From assembly GCA_043821645.1 (NCBI GenBank), contig JBDRCO010000068.1:256001-320000 (forward strand): a DNA stretch of 64,000 bases, in the 5' to 3' direction. Below are positions 50,485 through 59,277 of the stretch, piece by piece. The stretch comes from Pseudomonadota bacterium (GTDB lineage Bacteria > Myxococcota > JACRCW01 > JAFGSX01). The notes under the pieces were generated by a model, which was not told the DNA's origin, did not search any database, and worked only from the letters and a program-made list of their open reading frames with translations. How positions within the stretch are numbered: position 1 is the first letter of the stretch; each line of letters opens with the position of its first letter. The translations under genes were made by a program, and so were the position numbers.

Positions 50485-50679
50485 GCCGGGCTCCTTGGCA
50501 AGGGACGAGGAGACGAATGAAACCAATCTACCATGAAATCGGTTCGTTCCGGGCTGACGCCCGGGATGCACCCACGATTCGGAGCAACGTTTCGCAGCGA
50601 CCAGCAGACCTCTCAAACGCACGCCGCAGGCTTGAGATCAGGCCGAGGGCTATCTCGATTGCCCCTGGAGGTTGGCGCC

Positions 50680-51123
50680 ATGACAGCCTGGAACGGTCTC
50701 GCAGGCGGCGTGTGCTGGACCTGCTTTCATGGTTCGCTCGACGCCAAGGGCTGGCAGAGTGACGTCGATCATCTGGCGAGCCTGGTCGACACGGGGCTCG
50801 AGCACATCGCCATCCTCATGGTGGTCAGCCAGAGCGAATCCCCCACGGCCCCGCAACGCAAGCAGATCGCAGACTTCATGCAACGCAACGCCGAGGCCCT
50901 GCGCAAGGTGAAGGCCAACGCCATGGTGATGGACTCGGCCATGGCCCGCGGCGCCCTCACGGCGCTCAGTTGGTTGTTCAAGAAGCCCTTCGAGGAAAAA
51001 GTGTTCTCGACCTTCGATGCGGCCCTGGACTGGTTGGTCCAGAAGGACGCAGGTGTGGTTCCTGCGGCCCTGCGCGCAGACCTGAGCCTGCGTGTGCCGG
51101 CGGATCAGCTGGTGCTGCCATAG
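50680..51123 (+). CDS. small STAS/SEC14-like protein of myxobacterial type
   Basis: GGAGG SD; PTAPQRK...ARGALTALSW...VFSTFDAALDWL pattern. Confidence 0.7.
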   Translation: MTAWNGLAGGVCWTCFHGSLDAKGWQSDVDHLASLVDTGLEHIAILMVVSQSESPTAPQRKQIADFMQRNAEALRKVKANAMVMDSAMARGALTALSWLFKKPFEEKVFSTFDAALDWLVQKDAGVVPAALRADLSLRVPADQLVLP

Positions 51124-51184
51124 TGAGACAGTGCTGCTCTGGTGGTCGCGGGGGGAACTGGGCAATGCCCTGCGCGCGCACCCG

Positions 51185-51505
51185 TCAGGTCTCCGCATCA
51201 AACCAGGTCAGGCACTCGGCGGACAGGGTCGTGGCGACGTAGAAACCACCCCCGGGCTTCGCGCCCAGATGCTCCACACGGATGTCCCGCTGGTCACCGA
51301 CCCTGCTCTCCTCGTGCTTCGCCAGGACGAAGGAGATCCCGTCGACACCATGGTGGACATCGCCGTCACGTGGCTCGTCCAGAGCCAGCCCCAGCAGGGG
51401 GCCACCTCAACCGAAACCGGTGATGGAGATGCGTACGACCTTGGCTGGATTCGCCTCCAGCAGCCTTTGCAACTCGGTGCGAGCCTCTGGCGTCACGACC
51501 AGCAT
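51185..51505 (-). CDS. HesB/IscA-like selenoprotein (UGA codon 33 read as Sec)
   Basis: Manual translation MLVVTPEARTELQRLLEANPAKVVRISITGFG-U-GGPLLGLALDEPRDGDVHHGVDGISFVL...; 107 codons; SECIS-like hairpin downstream; not in the ORF track. Confidence 0.85.
51371..51387 (-). promoter_or_regulatory. bacterial SECIS-like hairpin
   Basis: UGGCUC-UGGAC-GAGCCA; loop starts 26 nt after the UGA at 51407-51409, with G at loop position 2. Confidence 0.65.
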
Positions 51506-51698
51506 CTACCATCCCTGGAGGCGCGCGGAATAACGCCTCGGGTCTCTCCATTGTAGACACACAACGCTGTTGCAGTGCGCCTGCTTTCTGTGCCCAGCCG
51601 CTTCGGTCTCCAGCGGACCGGATTTCGCAATGCGCTCGTCGCTCGTCGACAGGACCAGACCGGAGCGTCGGTCGGCCTCTCACTGTCCCACCTGAGCG

Positions 51699-52898
51699 CT
51701 ACGCCCGCGCGTCCACCCATCCCTTGCCATGATTGTCCGCGGGATCGAGTTCGGTCAGCTGCCGCCGCTCGCTGTCCGTGAAACCGTAGCCGGTGATGAA
51801 GGTGTTGATGTCGTCCTGGCGGGTGCTGGGGCATCCCATCATCTCGTCGCGGATCTTCTTCTCGGCCAGGTAGTCCACTGCGCCGGGGTGTATCCCCATG
51901 GCCAGCACGCCAGGCTGGTGGGTGATGCCGCCCCCGGCCGGCCCCTGCTTCATCGCCCAGAGCGAATCGAGAATGCACAGCTGCTGGCGTGGTGGGTTCC
52001 CACCCACCAGGGCCTCGCATTGATTGATGGCGACCAGGTCCTGGGCCGAGCCCTCGGTGTAGACGCCCTGCCCCACCGCAACAGTCTTGCCAGGGCAGAA
52101 GAACTTGACGGCGCCGATGTTGTTCTTCTGGCACAGGGTGACGTTGCCGGCCTGGTAGTGACCCTTGTTGACGGCGACGTTCACGAGGATGTCGACCGTG
52201 CCGTCCACCAGATCTTTCAAGCAGGTCACAGGGCTGATGGCGCCACCGGCGACCTCGACGGAGGATACGTCGCCCGAGAACAGGTTGGCGTTGATCAGCA
52301 CGCCGGCCGGAAAGGGATAGCTCGCCGTGTTGGCGGCGTAGGTTGCGGCCACGCCAGCGGCGTGCCCTGCGTGGGCCGTCTTGTCGCAATCGTAGATGCA
52401 GATATTGTGGCCAGCCATGCCGAGCTCGTCGATCAGGACCGTGCAGATCTTGGCCAGCACGGCGTGGCGGGGGATGCACGAGGCGTAGACGGTGTTGACC
52501 TTGATGCCGGCTTTCACCTCGGACCAGTTCTTGGTGTCTGGCTTGAGGAAGATCGCTCTCCAGGCCTCCTGCGAGGTGCTTTGGCCAGAGAGCGCCATCG
52601 CCATCCTGTCGAGGCTCTCACCGACCTGGACGGCGTCGACGTAACGGTTCTGGCTGTCATAGTCCCAGGTGCTTGGCGTGCCGGTGAGCATCCCGGGGTC
52701 GCTGCTGTAGACGACCCGCAGAGCGGGGATACCGGTCGGAGAGAACGGCGTGCTACCGGGCGGTGTGCCCGTGTCCTGGCTGCCCTGCCCGAGGGGGTCC
52801 GCGCAGCCCACCAGGTTACCCTTGAACACGAGCGCGGCCGCGCCCGCCGCGGACAGCTGGATGAAGCCTCTGCGTCCGAACCGCATGTCGTCTCTCAT
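51699..52898 (-). CDS. Tat-exported DUF362-like protein
   Basis: RRGFI Tat motif with LVGC; GIKVN and LVNVAVNKGH...VTLCQKNNIG match DUF362 motifs. Confidence 0.75.
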   Translation of the reverse strand: MRDDMRFGRRGFIQLSAAGAAALVFKGNLVGCADPLGQGSQDTGTPPGSTPFSPTGIPALRVVYSSDPGMLTGTPSTWDYDSQNRYVDAVQVGESLDRMAMALSGQSTSQEAWRAIFLKPDTKNWSEVKAGIKVNTVYASCIPRHAVLAKICTVLIDELGMAGHNICIYDCDKTAHAGHAAGVAATYAANTASYPFPAGVLINANLFSGDVSSVEVAGGAISPVTCLKDLVDGTVDILVNVAVNKGHYQAGNVTLCQKNNIGAVKFFCPGKTVAVGQGVYTEGSAQDLVAINQCEALVGGNPPRQQLCILDSLWAMKQGPAGGGITHQPGVLAMGIHPGAVDYLAEKKIRDEMMGCPSTRQDDINTFITGYGFTDSERRQLTELDPADNHGKGWVDARA

Positions 52899-52935
52899 GC
52901 CCTGCTCTCCTTCGACACGGGAGCTCGCCCCGGAG

Positions 52936-53502
52936 CTACAGCGACACCAGTTCGTGGTAGTGGCCAAGAAAGATCTCGGCGTCGTCGACGATTGTTGCTT
53001 CCACGTCGACCTCGCTCGCCGCGTAGTTGGTCAGCGTCAAGGCGAAGTAGAAGCGGTCCCAGTGGGCGTAGACCATTGCGCCGCCGAGGACACGGCCCGC
53101 GACAGCGGTGGTCGTCGGGTAGGAGCGCAGACCGATGGTCTCGCCGAGCATGTCGAGCTGGAACTCGAACATCAACCGGGCGCCGCTCGCGGCGTCGAAT
53201 TTCTCGACATACACCTCGAGCTCACGCGTGGCGTCGCTGTGCAGGGCCTGGGTGAATCCGTCGACCAGGCCCTTGTCCACGTGGGGCTGAGCGCCACCGT
53301 CGATCAGCTCACTCAGGTTGGACGCATCGAACTCGGAATAGGAGCCCTCGGTCTCGTGCCAGCCCTCGATCTGATCGACAACCCTGAACGTGCGCACATC
53401 CATGGTCTCGACGGTCGGCTCGCCCTGGTTACTGGGGCAGGCCGCCACCAGCGGGCCAAGCAGCATCGCGACAGCGCAAAGTCGCAAGGAGATCGCGGTC
53501 AT
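52936..53502 (-). CDS. DUF6599-like lipoprotein
   Basis: AGGAG SD, lipobox VAAC, NLSELIDGGA motif. Confidence 0.65.
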   Translation of the reverse strand: MTAISLRLCAVAMLLGPLVAACPSNQGEPTVETMDVRTFRVVDQIEGWHETEGSYSEFDASNLSELIDGGAQPHVDKGLVDGFTQALHSDATRELEVYVEKFDAASGARLMFEFQLDMLGETIGLRSYPTTTAVAGRVLGGAMVYAHWDRFYFALTLTNYAASEVDVEATIVDDAEIFLGHYHELVSL

Positions 53503-53584
53503 GACGTTCACTCCTGGGCCAGTACCACGAGTTCGGATCGACTCGGACGCCGCGCAGCCTCCAGGGCTCGGCGCAGCCCGCGTC

Positions 53585-54118
53585 TCACGGCGGTGTTTCC
53601 TGACCGCTCGTGTCAGGCAGAGGCGGCGGAGATGCTTGTGCTGGCCCCGCCCCCGGAGGGCCTGGCGGCGGAGGGCGAAAGCCTTGTGGTCCTGGCCCCG
53701 GAGGGTGCCCGCCGGGTGGCGGCCCGAGAGGAGGTCCCGCCGGTGGTCCGGGGTGGCGCTCGAGCATCTCGCGGTACTTTGCAGCCTGCTCGGGATCGAG
53801 CAGCGCGATGATCCTCTCCTCCATGCCCTTGCGCGTGGCGTCGAGCTCTGGCCGGGCCCGCCCCAAAATCTGTTCGGCCTGGACACGCCCCTGTTGCAGG
53901 ATCTCCTGGATGGCCTGCTGCTGGCTGGCCTTGAGGTCGAGCTCGCCGGAGAAGCGTTCGAGCAGGTGCTCCAGCGGAGGTCCTGGCGGGGGTGGACGGT
54001 GGCCTCCCCGCGAGCCCTCGAGCAACCGGTCGGCAACCAGGCCGACAGCGATGCCGGCCACGAACACCGCGACCATGCTGAGCACGGCCAAAAAACGCAC
54101 ATTTCGATCGCTGATCAT
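53585..54118 (-). CDS. Spy/CpxP-like periplasmic accessory protein
   Basis: N-terminal TM, ELDLKASQQQAI and LLDPEQAAKY (LTxxQ-like) motifs, Pro/Gly tail; ATGA overlap with the anti-sigma gene. Confidence 0.75.
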   Translation of the reverse strand: MISDRNVRFLAVLSMVAVFVAGIAVGLVADRLLEGSRGGHRPPPPGPPLEHLLERFSGELDLKASQQQAIQEILQQGRVQAEQILGRARPELDATRKGMEERIIALLDPEQAAKYREMLERHPGPPAGPPLGPPPGGHPPGPGPQGFRPPPPGPPGAGPAQASPPPLPDTSGQETPP

Positions 54119-54579
54119 CCCGCACCTCTCGGGGTAGCAGCCTCGATGTCCATCCCCAGCACCTGCTGCAACATCCCCGAGACCTGCTCCGTCGACGAGG
54201 TGCCCAGGGCGCGGTCGAACAGATCGGCGTCCGAGAACTGCAGCGCTGGCGTCGTCGACAACGACCACAACACCAGGACCGCGGCGGCCAGCGTCGTGGT
54301 CAGCGCTGCTGGCCAGGCCACGGGAAACAGCGACTCGAGAAACGATGGAGCGATCGGGGCGGCGCTCATGGCAGCACGAAAGGCCCGCTCCGCGGCTCCC
54401 TCGGGGACCTGGGTCGAGAAATCCCGCCCGAGGACCCCGGACAGGTGTTGCAGCGAGCGACGCTCGGCCAGGCAGTCTGCACACGCGGCGAGGTGCTGCT
54501 CGAGCTGGGTGCGTCGCGCCTGGTCGAGCTCGCCGTCATGCAAGGCGGACAGCAGCTTCCTGGACTCGGTGCAGTTCAT
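54115..54579 (-). CDS. zinc-binding (zf-HC2) anti-sigma factor
   Basis: C...LSALHDGEL...HLAACADC followed by one TM; ATGA overlap with the sigma gene. Confidence 0.9.
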   Translation of the reverse strand: MNCTESRKLLSALHDGELDQARRTQLEQHLAACADCLAERRSLQHLSGVLGRDFSTQVPEGAAERAFRAAMSAAPIAPSFLESLFPVAWPAALTTTLAAAVLVLWSLSTTPALQFSDADLFDRALGTSSTEQVSGMLQQVLGMDIEAATPRGAG

Positions 54580-55178
54580 CCCAGCCTCCTGGACTCACGC
54601 CGTTCGGCACGCTCGATGGACTTCTTCACCTGGCCGCGCGCCCGGTGGATCCGCGATTCCACGGTGCCCCGGGGCACGCCCAGCACCGTGGCGATTTCTT
54701 CATAGCTCAGGCCGTCCACGTCTCTGAGCAGCAGCGCCGTGCGGTACGTGCTCGCCAGTCCTTGCACAGCCTGGTGCACGCGCGCGCGCTCCTCCTTGCC
54801 ACGCAACGCATTCTCCGGGCCGGGCTCGGTGCTGCGCAGCCGCTCCAGCAAGCTTGGTGCGTCGCCGACGCCCGGGCGGTCGAGCACGGCGATCTCGCGG
54901 CGCGAGGAGCGGCGCATGTGATCGGTCGCGACGTTGCGGGTGATGCGGCAGATCCAGCCCAGGCTGGCCCCGGGCTCCTTGAGCTGCGCCATGCTTTGCC
55001 AGGCCCGCGTGAAGGTTTCCTGTGCCACGTCGTCGGCCTCCTGCGCATCGCCCAGCATTCGCAGCGCGACCCGGTACACCGTCGGGTGGGTCGCCTCCAG
55101 CCAGCCGCGGAACGCGGACGCGTCTCCCGCGCGCGCACAGCGAGCCAGCTCGGCCAGTTCTGATGCGCCGCGGTCCAT
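54576..55178 (-). CDS. ECF sigma-70 factor
   Basis: ADDVAQETF, WICRITRN, GLSYEEIATVLGVPRGTVESRIHRAR. Start set at ATG 55178, just downstream of the putative promoter. Confidence 0.92.
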   Translation of the reverse strand: MDRGASELAELARCARAGDASAFRGWLEATHPTVYRVALRMLGDAQEADDVAQETFTRAWQSMAQLKEPGASLGWICRITRNVATDHMRRSSRREIAVLDRPGVGDAPSLLERLRSTEPGPENALRGKEERARVHQAVQGLASTYRTALLLRDVDGLSYEEIATVLGVPRGTVESRIHRARGQVKKSIERAERRESRRLG

Positions 55179-55188
55179 TCGCACCTGC

Positions 55189-55216
55189 AAGACGGGGGCG
55201 GAGCGCAGATTCTTCC
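55189..55216 (-). promoter_or_regulatory. putative ECF promoter of the sigma operon
   Basis: GGAAGA-N16-CGTCTT on the minus strand, 10 nt before ATG 55178. Confidence 0.7.
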
Positions 55217-55262
55217 ATTTTTCTTCGACCGACCCCACAGCGATTCCGGCTCAAAGAAATCC

Positions 55263-55290
55263 GGAAGATCTCGGCCCGAGGTCGCGTCTT
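55263..55290 (+). promoter_or_regulatory. putative ECF promoter of the DUF1566 gene
   Basis: GGAAGA-N16-CGTCTT on the plus strand, 30 nt before ATG 55321. Confidence 0.7.
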
Positions 55291-55320
55291 TTGAGGGACA
55301 CATGAAACCCGGAGAAGACA

Positions 55321-57096
55321 ATGCCTGGCACCGCCATCAAATCACCGCTCGTCCTTCTCATCGCTGGCCTTGCGGCTGTCGCAGCGTGCCCTGAGCTGGG
55401 CACAAATCCTGGTCCAGAAGAGGATCAAGCGGCCGGCTCGCGCGCCATCGTCGACACCGGCCAAGACCTCTGCTTCGACGACGTCGAACCCATCTCCTGC
55501 CCGCAGCCGGGCGAGCCCTTTGCCGGCCAGGATGCCCAGCACGCGGGCCCCACACCCAGCTACAGGCTGTCGAGCGACGGGCTCACGGTGCTCGACCTGA
55601 GCACCGGGCTGACCTGGCAGCGATCGCCCGACACCGACGGCGACGGGACCATCGCCGCCGCGGACAAGCTGAGCTGGGCCGAGGCCCAGGCCCGCCCTTC
55701 CGAGCTCAACGCCATGGCCTTTGGTGGCCACGACGACTGGCGCCTGCCCTCGATCACCGAACTGTACTCGCTGATCCAGTTCTCGGGCTCCGACCCCAGC
55801 ACCATCACCGGCGACGACACCTCGGGGCTGACGCCGTTCATCGACGATGGGGTCTTTGACTACGCCTACGGTGACACCGCGGCCGGGGAGCGCATCATCG
55901 ACTCGCAATATGCCTCGGATACCTTGTACGCCTCGCTCGACGGTGGCCTGCTCTTCGGCGTCAACTTTGCCGATGGCCGCATCAAGGGCTACGGCCTGCA
56001 GCTGGGCGGTGCGGCCAAGACCTTCTTCGTGCTGTGCGTGCGCGGCACACCCGGCTACGGGGTCCAGGCTCTGGTCGACCATGGCGACGGCACCATCAGC
56101 GACCTGAGCTCGGGCCTGATGTGGGAGCAGGCGGACAGCGGCGCGGGCATGGATTGGCAGGCGGCTCTGGCCTGGGCCGAGGACAGCAACGCGTCCAGTC
56201 ACCAGGGCCACAGCGACTGGCGGCTACCCAGCGCCAAGGAGCTGCAGTCCTTGCTCGACTACAGTCGTTCGCCGGACAGCAGCGGATCCGCGGCCATCGA
56301 CCCGCTCTTCGACGCCAGCGCGATCGTCAACGAGGCGGGCGAGGCCGACTACCCCTGGTACTGGAGCAGCACCACCCATCTGTCCTCGGACGGCACCGGC
56401 CACGCGGCCGTCTACGTCGCCTTTGGTCGCGCCCTGGGCGACATGGACGGCAGCTGGCAGGACGTGCACGGCGCCGGGGCCCAGCGCAGCGATCCCAAAG
56501 CTGGTGACCCCGCGGACTTCCCCACCGGCCGCGGTCCCCAGGGCGACGCCATCCGCATCCTCAACCACGTGCGCCTGGTGCGCGATGCCGAGCTGGCCTC
56601 GTTCGACGAGGGACCAATCGCGGCCTTCAGCTGGTTCCTGTTCAGCCCGGCGCCCGGGTCGAGGGTGCAGTTCTTCGACGCCTCGCTCGGCGAGCCCGAC
56701 AGCTGGCAGTGGAGCTTCTCGGACAACGGCGCCTCCAGCGTCGAGCAGAACCCGGTGCACAGCTTCGCGGCGACCGGCAGCTTCGAGGTGAGCCTGAGCG
56801 TGAGCAACGCCAGCGGAACCAGCGTCAAGACCCGCACCGTCACCGTCCAGGCACCGAGCAGTTCGGGTGGAACGGGTGGACCTCTCTCCTGCACCAGCCA
56901 GGCCGAGTGCGAGGCCCCGGGCGCCTGCCCTGTGCATGCCGCGCTGGGTTGCGGTTGCGAGACCACGCCGACGGGGGACCTGTGCATCCCGCTGTGTGGC
57001 ACCGCCGAGGACTGCCCGCAGATTCAGGGTCAGACCTTCACCTGCTCGGTGGATGGAACCTGTGTCCCCGAGGGGGGGCCGCCGCCAGGGCCCTGA
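55321..57096 (+). CDS. DUF1566 (Lcl C-terminal-like) x2 + PKD lipoprotein
   Basis: Lipobox VAAC; two D..TGL.W...DWRLP...EL units; PKD domain (FFDASLGEPDSWQWSF...QNPVHSF); Cys-rich tail. Confidence 0.88.
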   Translation: MPGTAIKSPLVLLIAGLAAVAACPELGTNPGPEEDQAAGSRAIVDTGQDLCFDDVEPISCPQPGEPFAGQDAQHAGPTPSYRLSSDGLTVLDLSTGLTWQRSPDTDGDGTIAAADKLSWAEAQARPSELNAMAFGGHDDWRLPSITELYSLIQFSGSDPSTITGDDTSGLTPFIDDGVFDYAYGDTAAGERIIDSQYASDTLYASLDGGLLFGVNFADGRIKGYGLQLGGAAKTFFVLCVRGTPGYGVQALVDHGDGTISDLSSGLMWEQADSGAGMDWQAALAWAEDSNASSHQGHSDWRLPSAKELQSLLDYSRSPDSSGSAAIDPLFDASAIVNEAGEADYPWYWSSTTHLSSDGTGHAAVYVAFGRALGDMDGSWQDVHGAGAQRSDPKAGDPADFPTGRGPQGDAIRILNHVRLVRDAELASFDEGPIAAFSWFLFSPAPGSRVQFFDASLGEPDSWQWSFSDNGASSVEQNPVHSFAATGSFEVSLSVSNASGTSVKTRTVTVQAPSSSGGTGGPLSCTSQAECEAPGACPVHAALGCGCETTPTGDLCIPLCGTAEDCPQIQGQTFTCSVDGTCVPEGGPPPGP

Positions 57097-57121
57097 ACGG
57101 ACGAGGAAGGGACCGCCGCGC

Positions 57122-59098
57122 TCAGGCCAGCTCACCCTCGGCCTTGCAGCGGCAGCTGATGCCGCCCATGGCGCTCAGGGTGGTCTGTGTGGACTCCCGA
57201 TCCAAAAAGTGCACGCGCGCGATGCCGGGATCGATGGCGCGCAGGTCCTCGATAAAGGCCTGCTCGGCGCGCGGGTCGCCGCCGAGCGGGATGTAATAGC
57301 GCTCGCCGCGGGCGTTCTGGCCCTGCTCGGCGTTCATGAAGTTCATGTTCTGGAAGTAGCCCTCCTGATACACGCCCGCGACCCGGTGCACCGTGAGCCC
57401 GGCCGCCTCGATGTCGCGGATCGTCCGCTCCTCGGCCACGGCGCGCTTCTCGGCCTGCTCCAGGCTCTGTGCGAGTGTGGTCTCGAGGTCCGTACCCAGC
57501 TCCTTCCAGAACGCGTGGTCGCTGTCGTACTGCTCGCGCACCGACGTCGGGGCGTCCGCGGGAGGCCGCTTGGGCTCGCTGGCCGCGTGGTCGGCGCGTC
57601 GCCACTCGGCCATGCGGCGGGCCGCGGTACGCACGTCGTTGACCATGACCTCGCCGGGCTTGATCAGGCTCATGTGCATGTCGATGTGGAAGTCGCCGGG
57701 CTGCTCGACGGGGATCACGCCCTCGGGGGCGATGCCCAGGTCGTGGGCCACCGCGGCGCGCAGCTCGTCGTCCGCGACCGGGCGCCCCAGGTCGCGCTGC
57801 AGGATGGCGCGCGAGTGCGCCAGGCTGTCCTTGCCCACCAGCGCGTAGCCGCTGCCGTCGGCGCGGGTGCCAACCAGCAGGTTGCCGCCCTCGATGTGAC
57901 ACAGGTTGGCCTGCAGCTGGGTCCCCTTGGCCAGGGCCACACCAGCCAGCACTTCGTGCGACTTGCGGTCGGCGATGGCGCCGACCATCGAGAACGAGGC
58001 GTCCGGGTATTTCTGCGCGATCGACTTCTGGATCTGCTCCCAGGTGGCGCCCTTCCTGATTCTGGCGTCGGGGTACAGCCGCTGGATGCGTTCGCGGAAG
58101 CCCGCCGCGTACAGCGCGTCGATGGGCAGGGCCGGGGCCGGCACCTTGACGTTTCCCTTCACGTCGAGCTCGCCCTGGTCCTCGCTCCAGAAGTCGCCCT
58201 CGCCGGCCACACCGACCAGCTGCACGTTGTCGAGGCCGAGCTTGTCGAAGTCCTTGCGGTACGCCTTGACGAGGTCGATGGGCACCCGCACCGCGACGTT
58301 GAAGCCTTCGATCTTGCCGATCTGAGCCATCTGCCGCACGTAGGTGTCGCCGGTCTGATCCGCGCCGATCATGGCCATGTGGTAGGTGCGCACACGCAGC
58401 GAACCGTCCTCGGGGCAGATCCGCGCGGGCGGGGTGCCGCCGCCCTGCAGCGCCTGCAGGCGTGCCGCTGCGGCCTGGTCGAGCGCCTTGAGCAAGGTGG
58501 CGGCCTTGACATCGTGCAGTGCGACCGGTGGCGGTGGCTTCAGGTGCCGTAGCCCCTTCTTGGCGACGATCTGGCCGGCGCGTGGGCCGCTGAGCTCAAC
58601 CGTGCGCAGGCGTTGCTTGTCCAGGCGCTGCTGCTCCTGCGGATCCGCGGCCAGCGTCAGTGAGGTGTCGAGCTGGTGCGCGGCGCGCTCGAGCCGGCGC
58701 TCGGCACCGCGGGTCATCTTGGATCCGATCATCAGCGCGCGCAGCGAGGCCACCCCCTTGCCTGTCGCGGAGCCCTGACCCTCGATCAGCGCGGCGATGG
58801 CGCCGGCGTCCCGGATATCCAGCACCCCGTCGTCACGCGTCAGCTTGTGCGCCAGCGCCAGTACACCGTCGTCCGGGATACTGAGCAGGCTCTGCAGCCG
58901 CTGGCGGGTGGCGGCCGCGTCAAAGCGATCCGCGGGCAGAGCGACCAGAGCGCCGAGGGCTGCACGTTCGCTGCGGGTCAAGCGCCCGTCGGCCAGCGCC
59001 GCGTCCAGCGCCCGGTCCATCCCAGCGCGGTCGATGCTGGGAGCGGCCTGGAGCTGCTGCAAGGTGCTGCGCAGGGCTCCCGGGCGGATGCTGGTCAT
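57122..59098 (-). CDS. amidinotransferase/PAD (pentein)-fold protein with helical N-terminal extension
   Basis: FWSED, IEGGN, FHIDM, NFMN and C-terminal GGISC motifs. Confidence 0.7.
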   Translation of the reverse strand: MTSIRPGALRSTLQQLQAAPSIDRAGMDRALDAALADGRLTRSERAALGALVALPADRFDAAATRQRLQSLLSIPDDGVLALAHKLTRDDGVLDIRDAGAIAALIEGQGSATGKGVASLRALMIGSKMTRGAERRLERAAHQLDTSLTLAADPQEQQRLDKQRLRTVELSGPRAGQIVAKKGLRHLKPPPPVALHDVKAATLLKALDQAAAARLQALQGGGTPPARICPEDGSLRVRTYHMAMIGADQTGDTYVRQMAQIGKIEGFNVAVRVPIDLVKAYRKDFDKLGLDNVQLVGVAGEGDFWSEDQGELDVKGNVKVPAPALPIDALYAAGFRERIQRLYPDARIRKGATWEQIQKSIAQKYPDASFSMVGAIADRKSHEVLAGVALAKGTQLQANLCHIEGGNLLVGTRADGSGYALVGKDSLAHSRAILQRDLGRPVADDELRAAVAHDLGIAPEGVIPVEQPGDFHIDMHMSLIKPGEVMVNDVRTAARRMAEWRRADHAASEPKRPPADAPTSVREQYDSDHAFWKELGTDLETTLAQSLEQAEKRAVAEERTIRDIEAAGLTVHRVAGVYQEGYFQNMNFMNAEQGQNARGERYYIPLGGDPRAEQAFIEDLRAIDPGIARVHFLDRESTQTTLSAMGGISCRCKAEGELA

Positions 59099-59277
59099 GG
59101 GCTCACACCTCCAGGTGGCGGGCACAGGGCTCCCTCTTCATACCCGCAGCCATCCTTATTTGTCGCGCCCGGATCCACAAACCTGGCCGTGGCTATCAAC
59201 ATGGAAATACAGGACCTTCGAGATGTCGTGGGTTCAGCTGCCAGGAGGCCATCCCGGCTGTGGCTCCTCGACGTCGG

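Noticed and set aside
51208-51556. Track ORFs 51208-51405(-), 51092-51556(+) and 51282-51533(+)
   Set aside because: Better explained by the UGA read-through HesB-like frame.
55179-55238. Longer N-terminus for the ECF sigma (GTG 55238)
   Set aside because: It would contain the putative autoregulatory promoter; ATG 55178 fits better.
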